NCBI GenBank assembly: GCA_030704615.1
Contig: CM060732.1
Span: 8,742,001-8,806,000 of the forward strand
Direction of reading: 5' to 3'
Source of the DNA: Takakia lepidozioides
Lineage: Eukaryota > Plantae > Bryophyta
DNA: 64,000 nt
A program made the position numbers and the translations under genes. This document shows, in pieces, positions 54,301-64,000 of the stretch. Position 1 is the stretch's first letter. Each line of letters opens with the position of its first letter. Below the pieces are notes generated by a model. That model worked only from the letters and a program-made list of their open reading frames with translations, ran no database searches and was not told the DNA's origin.

Positions 54301-55039
54301 TTGTCTTGTTAGACAACCAGGATGACATTTTCTCTTTGAGTGGACCGGCAGGCAAGAAGTACCGGCCACTGCGGGTCTTGTTGGACTCGGGAGCTCAGCC
54401 ACTGATGTTGGGCAGAGCTGCTATTGCAGGTTTGGGCCTCATGGAGGCAGATATGGAGCCTTGTCCTTTCTAGATACACATTAGACTGCAGCCGGATCAT
54501 CCTATAGATGGAAGAGTGATGCGAGCCAAGGCCATTGTGACAGACGCGGTCTCTTACGATATCCTCGTTGGTGGAACAGTGTTATATCCCATGGGCTTCA
54601 TCCTGGACTTTTGGGAGGAGTCAGCATCCTACAGGCCTGGATGGCAATCAGGGGATGGTCGTCATGCACAGCTCCCTGTAACATTCATTAGGGGTATTGC
54701 GGCTGCCCAGCGGGGCAAGATGCCAACACTAGCCGCTTTTACAGCTGCAGTTAGTTGGCCTGGAGAGTTGCTGGAAGGCAATGCCCATGCAAAGGATGTG
54801 TCACCTTCAGCAGAGCAGGATGACATGCATGGTATGGCGGAGTTGTCTGCCATGGTTGCTCACACTCCATTGTGGGGTACGAGCAAGGATTTGCAGCAGG
54901 CTGCTGATGGACGGGTACAACAAGCCTGGGTAGAGGCCTTCGTACCGTCAGGAGAAGAGGAGAGTGCGGTGATTGCACCAGGACCACCTCAGTTGTCGCC
55001 ATTGGACACCACACCTCTTGTGTGGCAGTGCCCGGATGA

Positions 55040-56900
55040 AGGCATATGCCTTCTGGACTTGTTTGGCGGGATCAGCACTGGATTGGCTGCAGTACTGCAG
55101 GCAGGTGTACGAGTTCGACGTTACCTGTATGTGGAGAGGGATGAGACTGCACGACGCGTCTCACTGCGCCATGTTGCTCAGTTGGTACAGCAGTACCCTG
55201 AGACTCTGCAACGTTGTTTGAGCGGCTAGCATAAGCCACTACGAACTCTCTTCCCTCATCATCCACCTGTGTGTCGTCGCCTCATAGATGGCTACAACTT
55301 TCCTGTAGAAAGCCTCATTTGGATAGGACTTCTCTACCTTCCTCCCACATGGACGAATAACTTTTCCACTGTTCCTCCGTATGAGAGCATATCCGACACT
55401 TCATCCTTTCCTTCGCAAACATCTTCCATTGTTTTCAGCAACTTCGCCATAGTTATGCAGGCCAGTACAAGCTTAAGTCGTTCCTTTGCATTTGATATAT
55501 TGAATTGAATGAGATCATGGCACATGTTCATGGATCCTCCATGTGGATCCACAACCACATGTAGTGCACAGAATGTCACTAGGGCTGCCCTCGCATGGTA
55601 CGCCATGAGAAAGGGGAGATGTTTATACGTCCAGTCCAATTTCGAAATCAATTCCTTTCTTGGATCACCAGCAGTTGTAGGGCCTTTCTCTTCCCCTCTC
55701 CACAAAGCATAGAACCGGAAACCAAACCTAACGACCTTGTCCGGCCTTGTTCCACTATTACTCCCTTCACCAGACTTGTTTCGCTCTGCTAGCCAAGGGC
55801 CATCAAAGAAAAACTTAAGTGATTCATCAATAACAGTGTCCCAAAGGTAGTGAAAAGAATCTTGTGTATCAGCAGTGGGTGCAGGCATTGGAGGGTCCAC
55901 AATAGCATTCACAAGTGGAACAATCTTATAACACTCTTCATCAGGTCTCCTAGCTTTCTTCATCTTCTCTCTTGCTCTCAACCTCTGCCTAGCAGACGTG
56001 AAGTACAAAGACTGTCTTCTCGCTCTCTTCTTTCCGGAAACACTCTCGTTCTTGGGATGCTCCAGTGTGGCGAGTCTGAAATGATGAACGCCAGAATGTA
56101 ACCTCCGGTTGTGTGCCTATTTCTGTGGATACCAACAAGCCTTGTCAGCAGACATTTCGTTGCTGGGGGCGCAGGATTTGGAGCAGGTTGGCTCCATTGA
56201 TCTGGTAGTGGCAGGTTGGCCCTGCCAAGGGCATTCATCAGCCGGGCATGGCAATGGATTGCGAGACTCGATGACGGGTCTGTTTTGGGAGATGGTGCGG
56301 GTTTTGCGTCACTTGCAGCTTCATCAAGCTATATCTCCAGCATACATCTTGGAGAATGTGCCACTGATGGGTTATTCTCGGGCCAGGGTGATGGCCAGTG
56401 TGCATCAAGTCCGGTCATGGCTTGGGTCAGCAGTACTGTTGGATGCAGCTGCAGTGGGGTCACGGGCTCATCGTCCACGGCTATGGTGGACTAACTTGAT
56501 GCCACCCGCACTGCTCAAGCGTGCATTTGATGGGGTGCAACGGCCAGCACACCTTACAGTGGATAGCATTTTGGACACAGGGAGGCAGTCTCAACGTGTG
56601 AGACACGCTGACCGTTCGCCTTTGGCAGTGGTCAACAAGGTGGGTCAACCACGAGCAGCATTACCTACACTGCTCAGCTTCCCAGAATCCCATGCTTTTC
56701 GGGATGGTGGACCTGACCTCTTGTGGGATAGCCAATTGCAACAATTAGTAGAGCCCAATACTGACGAGCGCGAGCGGACGATGGGTTTTACCACTGGTAC
56801 CACGGCGGTATCATCTCTTTTTGAGGCATTACGTCGTCAGGTGTTGGGGCAAGCAATGGATCTCAATTGCTTGACCTGGATTATCAGCTTGGCTATGGCT
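55040..56900 (+). pseudogene. DNMT3-like C5 cytosine methyltransferase domain of copy 1, split by an insertion (55201-~56105)
   Basis: Motif I LLDLFGGISTG, II YVERD, IV DLVVAGWPCQG (Cys 56223), GLFWEM, VI ILENV, VIII LDAAAVGSRAHRPRLWWTNL, IX/X ERERTMGF..RRQVLGQAMD. Confidence 0.92.
55271..56100 (-). pseudogene. Crinkler (CRN)-like restriction-endonuclease-fold fragment inserted in the DNMT
   Basis: ORF 55334-56008: TQDSFHYLWD..ERNKS..GTRPD..LWRGEEK..DPRKELISKLDWTY..LPFLMAYHA, resembling the RPD/RGEEK/KLxWTY signature of CRN REase-kinase proteins (recognised from memory). Confidence 0.6.
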
Positions 56901-58703
56901 GAACAACGCAGAGTACGGAGTACACTTCCCTTCATGGTCTCCCTGCCTACCGAGACGGTATAGGCAGCGAGTGGGGGCGAGCAGGTGAGGACCACGAGGT
57001 GCAGGCCGCATCCATGGCACACGTGGGAGGTGCTCGAGGTTCAGAAGGAGTTGGCAGCCAAGGTGGCGGTGATGGATCAGGTTGGGGATTTTTCTCGGGT
57101 TGAAGAGGTCCTCAAGGATGGGATGATGGGGCAGGATCAGACATTGTCACTGACAGAGAAGGCAGTGGTCACTGCTCAAGAGGTTGCAGCATAGCAACCA
57201 CGGGACGCGTCTCCTACCTCTAAGCCTGCTGGACTCAAGGTTGCAGTCACGGAGGACAACTGGGAGCCTGATGTTGGACCTATAGTCACCGGAGGAGAGA
57301 GACGACGTATACGGCGGTTCTTGAGGGCTTACAGGAACTGCTTTGCCTTCAGTTTGAAGGACTTAGAAGCACTGAAGGGTCAAGAAATTCGCATTGAATC
57401 GGCTACTGACACGTCAATCTTTCGGAGACCCTATAGATACAGTGACATGGAGAGGTCCTTAATTCAGATGAGAACTCAGGACCTTTGGGAGGCTTGTTTG
57501 GTGGAGCTATCTGGAGGAGAGTATGCTTCAGCCACAGTGATGCCAGCCAAGAAGGATGTCTATGGCAATTGGACGGAGAGACGTATGTGTGGTGATTACC
57601 GGCCTGTAAATCGTCAGACCAAGTCCGATAGGTATGCCATGCCAACACCAGAGGAAATCTTTGATGCCATTAGGCATGCCAAGGTCTTTAGCACTTTGGA
57701 TTTACGATCCGGATATCACCAGTTGCCGATCAAGGAGGCGGATAAGCAGAAGACGGCATTTTGGGGGATCAATGAGCACGGGAAGGGTTGCCTATACCAG
57801 TGGCGGTTCTTACCATTTGGGCTTAAGAGCGTTGCGGCAGAGTTTCAGAGAGTCATGGACAGGATTCTAGCAGGGGTGGAGTTTGCTCGGTGCTACATAG
57901 ATGACATCATCATCTTTAGTGCTACGGTGGAGGAGCATGAGAGACACCTTCAGGTGGTATTTGAACGCTTGAGGGCGCACAGATTGAAGTTACATCCGGG
58001 AAAGTGCAAATTTTTCCACAACCAGATTAAGTATCTGGGTCACATGATATATCCTAGAGGATTGGGGGTACAGCAGACTACGGTAGAGTCCATTGCACAG
58101 ATTCCACGCCCCACGGATGTGAGCCGAGTTCGAGCTTTCATGGGGTTAGCAAACTATTATAGACGGTTTGTTAAGGGATTTAGTGCCATTGCAAAGGCTC
58201 TAACCAAGCTGACCAAGGTGGACCAGGAGTGGTAGTGGAAAGATGAGCAAGAACAAGCTTTTCAAGAGCTCAAGGCGAGGTTGACCTCGGCGCCCATCTT
58301 GAGACGACCTATCAGGGGGCGCTCTTTTCAGCTGCATACAGATTGGAGTATGTTGGGGCTTGGAGCGGTACTCACAAAGGTGGATGATGAGGGAAGAGAG
58401 TTCATAGTGGCTTATGCTAGCCGCTCGAACAACGCTGCAGAGTCTAAGTATAGCTCATATGAGGGAGAATGCTTAGCTACAGTGTGGGCCGTGGTACACT
58501 TCAGGTGCAATCTATACGGCAATCTCTTCACCTTTGTCACGGATCACCAACCACTCAAGTGGTTGATAGAGTCAGACAAGCTTACGAGGAAGCTTGCACG
58601 GTGGGCACTCATCTTTCAAGAGTATGACTTTCAGGTTGTGCATCGACCGAGTTTGGTCAATCGGGATGCAGATGGGTTGAGTCGCAATCCATGCACGAGC
58701 TTG

Positions 58704-61700
58704 TAGCTGGAAAGGCCGCCCCCGAATAGGCCGTCTCTAAATAGGTACAGAAGTCCATCGAGTCTTGAGTTTATCAAAGGCTTTCTCATGTTCATCCTCC
58801 CAGTGCCATTCCTGACCCACCTTGGTGAACTTGGTAAAAACCTTTGCAATGCTGCTAAATCCTTTTACAGACCGTCAATAGTTTTTTGTCAACCCCATAA
58901 AAGCACAAACTCTGCTTACATCTTTGGGGCATGGAATGCGTGCAATGGCCTCCACCTTCGTCTTTTAAAAACCCAATCCTCCAGGGTATATCATGTGGCC
59001 CATATACTCAATCTGGTTGTGGAAGAACTTGCACTTCCCAGGGTGCAATTTCAACCTATGCGTTCTCAAGCGCTCAAACACCATCTGAAGGTGTCTCTCG
59101 TGCTCCTCAATCGAGCACTAAAGATGATGATGTCATCAATGTAGGACCGGGCAAAGTCTAGCCCCTCAAGAATCCTACTCATGACCCTCTGAAACTCTGC
59201 AGGAGCATTCTTCAACCCAAACCCCGCCATTGGTGACGGTTCACATGACGGTAGTCTCTACACATCCTATTTTCTGTCCAATTGCCATAAACATCATTCT
59301 TAGCTGGCATCATTGTTGCCGAGGCATACTCTCCGCCTGACAACTCCACCAATCCAGCTTCGAACAACTTCATAGTCCGTGACTGGATCAAAGACCTCTT
59401 CATGTCACTATACCTGTAAGGCCTTCGAAAAATTGGTGTGTCACTTGCCAAATCAATACGAATCTCTTGGCCCTTCAAACTCCCCAAATCCTTCAAATTG
59501 AAGGCAAAACAATTTTTGTAAGCCCTTAGAAATCGCTGGATCCTCCGTCTCTATCATCCGGTGACTGTAGGTCCAACATCTGGTTCTCAATTGTCCTCAG
59601 TGACTGCAACTTTGGATACATCAGGCTTGGAGGTAGGAGACGCATCTTTTGGTTGCTAGATCGTAACCTCTTGGGCCTTATCCGCCCACCCTGACTGTGG
59701 CGTAGCCTCTACTTGCTCTGCCATAGCAACCTTGAGAACATCCTTCGCAAAAGAAACATCATCAACCTCTTCAAGAGCCTCGGCCACCTTGGCCTCCAAC
59801 TGATCCTCCGTGTATGACTCTCCCCACTCCTCATATTGCTCCTTGAGATATCCAATGACTCTCTCTTTTCGCATCTCATCCCACATCTGTCATAGGTGTT
59901 TGCACCCCATGATCCTGTGTTCGCCCCCACTCACTGCCTCAACTATCCCGGTTGGCAGGGACGATGCACAATCCAATGGGAGTGCAGAAGTGGCCACCAT
60001 TGTCTGCAACCTCCGTTGCTCAGCCAAGCACAAACCAATGATCCATGTCAAGCAATTTAGATCCATTGTTTGATCCAACACATGTCGGCGTGATGTCTCT
60101 GACAGAGCTGACACAGCTGTAGCGCCCGTGGCAAATCCCATCGTCCGCTCTCGTTCATCTGCGTTGGGTTCCACCAATTGTTGTAGTGCACTGTCCCAAA
60201 TCAACCCTGGGCCATCGTCTCGAAAAGCATGAGACAAGGGAAAGCTCATGAGTGTAGGCAAGGCCATTTGTGGTTGCCCCACTCGGTTGACCACCGCCAA
60301 AGGTAGACGATCATCATGACGCACTTTCTGTGCTCGCCTCCATTGGTCCAAAATGCCCTCAACCGTGAGGTTCGCTGGCCGTTGAATAGAATCATATGCT
60401 CTCTTGAGCAACTCTGGTGGTGCAAGATTTGTCCACCACAATCTAGGCATATGTGCCTGTGACCCCACTGCAGCTGCATCCAATAGTATAGCTGGTCAAT
60501 CCATGACCGAATTTGATGCACACACTGGCCATAACCCTGGTCCGAGAATCCTCCATGAAAGAAACATTCTCCAAGATATAAGCTGGAGGTTGCACTTGCT
60601 TCACCTGCAAGTTACGCAATACTCGCAACATCTCCCAAAACAGATGCGATCGTGCATCATACAAACCATTACCATGACCTGCGGGAGAATACCCTTGGCA
60701 AGGTCATCATGCTATCACCAAGTCAATGGAACCGTGCTGGCCCAAATTGTCCGTCCCCAACATAGTAATGTCTACTAGCAAAGTCTTTTGGTACCCTTGA
60801 ATTGCTGCAAGAGGCAACAACTCAGGATACTGGTGTGTGAGCAAGGCAATGTGGCGCATAGGGTGAAAACATGGTAGGGTGGGCCAAAATGAAAGTCACA
60901 GACAGTTTATTTTTGCATTTTGTATATATAGGATCTAATGAAGATAGTAAGTTGGAATTTTTTTATGGGTTATGAAGAAAAATCTAGACCATTGTTGAAG
61001 TTTCAACATAATGAAACTTGAATCAGACAAATCTGACAAGATTTGAAAATCCATATAACTCCATGTAAGCATAAATATTGTGCAATCACACAGGGTGATA
61101 TGCCCTTCATGGACTCATTGGGAAATGAATCCGACAACCATTGTAGATGAAAAATTTAATGCAAATCATTGATCTCTCTTATTATGTGAAAATTTGGTTC
61201 AATGGTCAAAATTTCCTCGCCTATAAGTTTTAGACGTAATTAAATATTTACAGATTTGGTGAATAGTCACCTCGATTTTGGACATGCAATATTTATTATT
61301 TTTATATCTCCTTACACAATAAGATGGATTGAAAAAAACCTGCCTACAAAAATTAGACTTGAACCCACCTATGAGTACTTGTAAATTTTCAATCTATGAA
61401 TTGATGTCAATAAATGGTGAGATTAATAAATAAACTTAGGGAGGTAGCATGATATCATATGTATGTAGGCTTCAAGATTTCACATACAGGTTTGTCTAAA
61501 AATACATTATCCATGAAAATGGACTCGAGGACACAAATAGGTTTGTCTAAAGATACATTGTCTATGAAAATGGACTTGAGGACTCCAGATTCTGCCATTT
61601 TTGGCCCACCCTATCCTACCCCATAAAAATACGCTGCGCTACCTCATTCTTCTCCACATACAAGTACTTTCGTACCTTAATCCTTGCCTGCAACACTCCT

Positions 61701-62775
61701 GCAAACCCAGTGCTCATGCCTCCAAACAGGTCTAGCAAACAAATCCCTGAGTCAGGTGATTGTCAGGTAATGGGCACTGTGTCCAAAGGAGCTAACTGAG
61801 GAGGTCCAGATGATGTCACTGAACTCCCATCACCCACCAATGGAAATGCCTCCTGCCATGCTTGTTACACACATTGGCTTGCTTCTCACTGCAAATCCCC
61901 AACTGTACTGCACAGTGAGCTATGAACCGGCACATGAGGAAGCAACTCAGCCTTGTATGCCAATTGCCTCCCATCATCAGGTGGTGGGCTATCATTCGCA
62001 TGGCTATTGCCCTCCAAGAGCTCATCACCCCAAGCCACCACCCCTGAGAATACAGCCAATGTGGGCATCATGTTCCTATGATCCACCGCTACATTCCCAA
62101 TAAACCTCACTAGGAGCAGTCCACGTCGACCATCCCCTGACTGCCACTCCGGCCTATAGAACGTCGTTTCTTCCAAAAAATCCCGAATAAATTCCATGGG
62201 GTACAACACCGCCCCATCGACAAGCACATCATATGACATCGCGTTCGTAACAATGGCTTTGGCTCTCATGACTGAGCCATTCGTAAGATGATCTGGCTGC
62301 AATCGAATGAAGAGCTCATGGCGTGTGATCTATCGCACTTTCTCTGAACCACCCAAAGATGTCCGAATTTGGAAAGGGCAAGGGTCTAAATCCACTTCTG
62401 TAAGGCCAAGCCTGCAACTGTTGCTCTCCCCAACATCAATAGCTGTGCTTCCGAATCCAACAAGACTCGCAATGGACTATATCTCCTCCCAGCTGGGCCA
62501 CTCAATTGAAACACTCTATGATGATTGTCCACCAGGACTACTCCAGGAGTCACCATGCTACGCTCAATGGCTGGCCTAGCTGGCAACTCATTCAGCCATG
62601 GCAAGCTCACCCTCGAATACAAGGCATCCATAGACTGCATCTTATCTGTTATCCCCCGCAGATAGTGCCGATGCATCACCACTCTCACAGAGTCTAGCTA
62701 CTAGTCTGAACACAGCAGCTGGCCGAATCCCCGACATTGCAATGGTCATTGCAGAAAACAATGGAGCTTGCACTT
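58704..62775 (-). mobile_element. DNMT-bearing Ty3/Gypsy retrotransposon, copy 2 (inverted, more decayed; protease - DNMT3-like - RT - start of RNase H)
   Basis: LLDSEAQ, YDVLVDG, LLDLFGGMSTG (~61745-61715), PCQG (60703), ILENV, SQAHMPRLWWTNL, ERERTMGF, RPYRYS, YIDD (~59143); colinear with copy 1. Confidence 0.92.
60861..61621. mobile_element. Non-autonomous TIR element (MITE-like, ~760 bp) inserted in the DNMT of copy 2
   Basis: Ends GGGT...TAGGGTGGGCCAAAA and TTTTGGCCCACCCTA...ACCC; flanked by CATA (60857-60860 and 61622-61625). Removing it restores QRIF-MRH. AT-rich interior with a ~47-bp tandem repeat at 61486-61583. Confidence 0.85.
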
Positions 62776-62789
62776 CTTGAGGGGCATGC

Positions 62790-64000
62790 CTGCTGAGGTC
62801 AAGGCCTGGGGACAGAGGTGTACTTTCAGAGACAGTGATGAGATGTTGCCTGAATTCTCTTTCTAGTTACTACATCAGAAATATTTTCAGTAGCTGCAGC
62901 TCTCAAGTCTAAGAAATACTGCCAAATAGATTCTCCCTCTTTGTAAGGCCTATCACATAATTTGTCAAAACTGTCCAAAGGCTTCTCTGCAGGTTTGAAA
63001 ATCATAAAAACCTTCTCCCAAGTCAGATCAGGCTCCGCACTCAAGGCCACATGAAGAAGGTCACTGGCTTCCCCTTCGCATGCTCATGCAAAAGGTTCCC
63101 ATTTTAACTTCTTCAGAAGCCTTGTTCATGTTGGCACTAATTTCAAATAGCTCCAGAAAATTTTCAATTTTCTTTCCCATGTGGTATTCAGGTTATGGGT
63201 GAGTGACAACCTGAGCAACATTTCATATTTGACCAGCATTCATGTTATGATGGGAACCCACAAGCTGAACATCATAATTTTCAAAATCTGACCTTTTAAT
63301 TCTCCCATCATGTATTGTCATTTTCCCCATGGCACGGAAGAGACATGGCAGTACAATGGGTTGAGTGGACCAAGACTGAGGGGCCAGCTGCCCCTTGGTG
63401 AGCACTTGGCTACACACAGGGTCAGGCCATGTCGACTCTCTATCTACACTCAAGAAATGAGGGGTGTGGGGAGTGTACCTTGGAACACCCCACAAACCAG
63501 AATTACTAGTCATGGAAGCAGTTCGTGAATCCCCAACAACTGTGGCCATGAGAATTGAATGGTCTGGCAGCCCTGCAGGTAATTCCCCCATTTGGCTCGG
63601 TCTACTCATCTCCTGAGTACTGACCGTAGTGGCATATAGGTTGTTCCTGGTAGCAGCTGTATTTCCCACAAACCCACGAGGCCTATTTCCTACAAAGGGC
63701 TGATCAACAGCAGCAGGTACAGTGCCATGCACGTTCATGCTTCCCGTAACATTAGTACGAGAATTGCTGAGCCCTTCCTCCATGGAGACCAAATCAGCCT
63801 CCTCAAACACTCTACTCCTATGCATGACGACTGGAGATAACATGGGAGCAGAGACAAGTCCAGAAATCCTATTTCTACCATATCGTAACCAGTGTCCAGG
63901 GGGCGAACTTGACATGGAAAGGTCAGAGAGTACCTTTACAACTCCTCCACTTCCACCCCACCGGCACACTACCAAGCTTGGGACGAAACGATTCACAAAA
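62790..64000 (-). mobile_element. Gag-like remnant of a different retroelement
   Basis: IENFLELFE.., LTWEKVF..YKEGESIWQYFLDLRAAA resembles a capsid Q..GES..Y motif; frameshifted, with a low-complexity N-terminal ORF. Confidence 0.4.

Larger units (their letters stand above)
52144..58703 (+). mobile_element. DNMT-bearing Ty3/Gypsy retrotransposon, copy 1 (gag - protease - DNMT3-like - RT - RNase H; integrase missing)
   Basis: Gag (FQRKPSESLREAYTRM; CWTCGGPHVKKDC); protease LLDSGA (54384) and YDILVG; DNMT motifs; [29 protein letters not shown] (57894); RNase H LHTDWS, AYASR, EGECLA, TDHQPL, DADGLSR. Several stops and one frameshift. Confidence 0.93.

Noticed and set aside
56109-56963. Host DRM/DNMT3 gene or bacterial restriction-modification methylase
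   Set aside because: Intronless, colinear with protease and RT in two copies, with no UBA/PWWP domains and no cognate R-M context.
60170-60188. ATTGTTGTAGTG as the partner TIR of the CACTA end at 93
   Set aside because: It lies within DNMT coding sequence of copy 2, has no subterminal repeats and no GGA TSD.

Overview
Eukaryotic nuclear DNA from a land plant. A non-seed plant such as a bryophyte is likely, but that is inferred from gene and transposon content only. Two intact, spliced, tail-to-tail host genes sit between transposon-rich flanks. One is plastid translation initiation factor IF2 (+, 15445-24124, 14 exons). The other is a large minus-strand gene (~42494-26571) with an unusual domain string: TTC3/DZIP3-like Cys/His domain, RRM, DCD and C-terminal RING. 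The left flank (1-14 kb) is a nest of CACTA elements; the transposase there is interrupted by a ~4.5 kb patchwork containing a spliced SET-domain gene and a gag fragment, and is followed by a decayed chromodomain Ty3/Gypsy element. The right flank has a decayed MULE/SWIM transposase and the main highlight: two diverged, tail-to-tail copies of a Ty3/Gypsy retrotransposon with a DNMT3-like cytosine methyltransferase between protease and RT. Both copies share one in-frame stop, TAG-CAA-CCA, at the DNMT/RT boundary. It matches the CARYYA leaky-stop consensus and suggests programmed read-through. Both DNMT domains are broken by independent insertions: a Crinkler-like fragment in one, a TIR element in the other. 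All family assignments come from motif recognition by eye; no searches were run.
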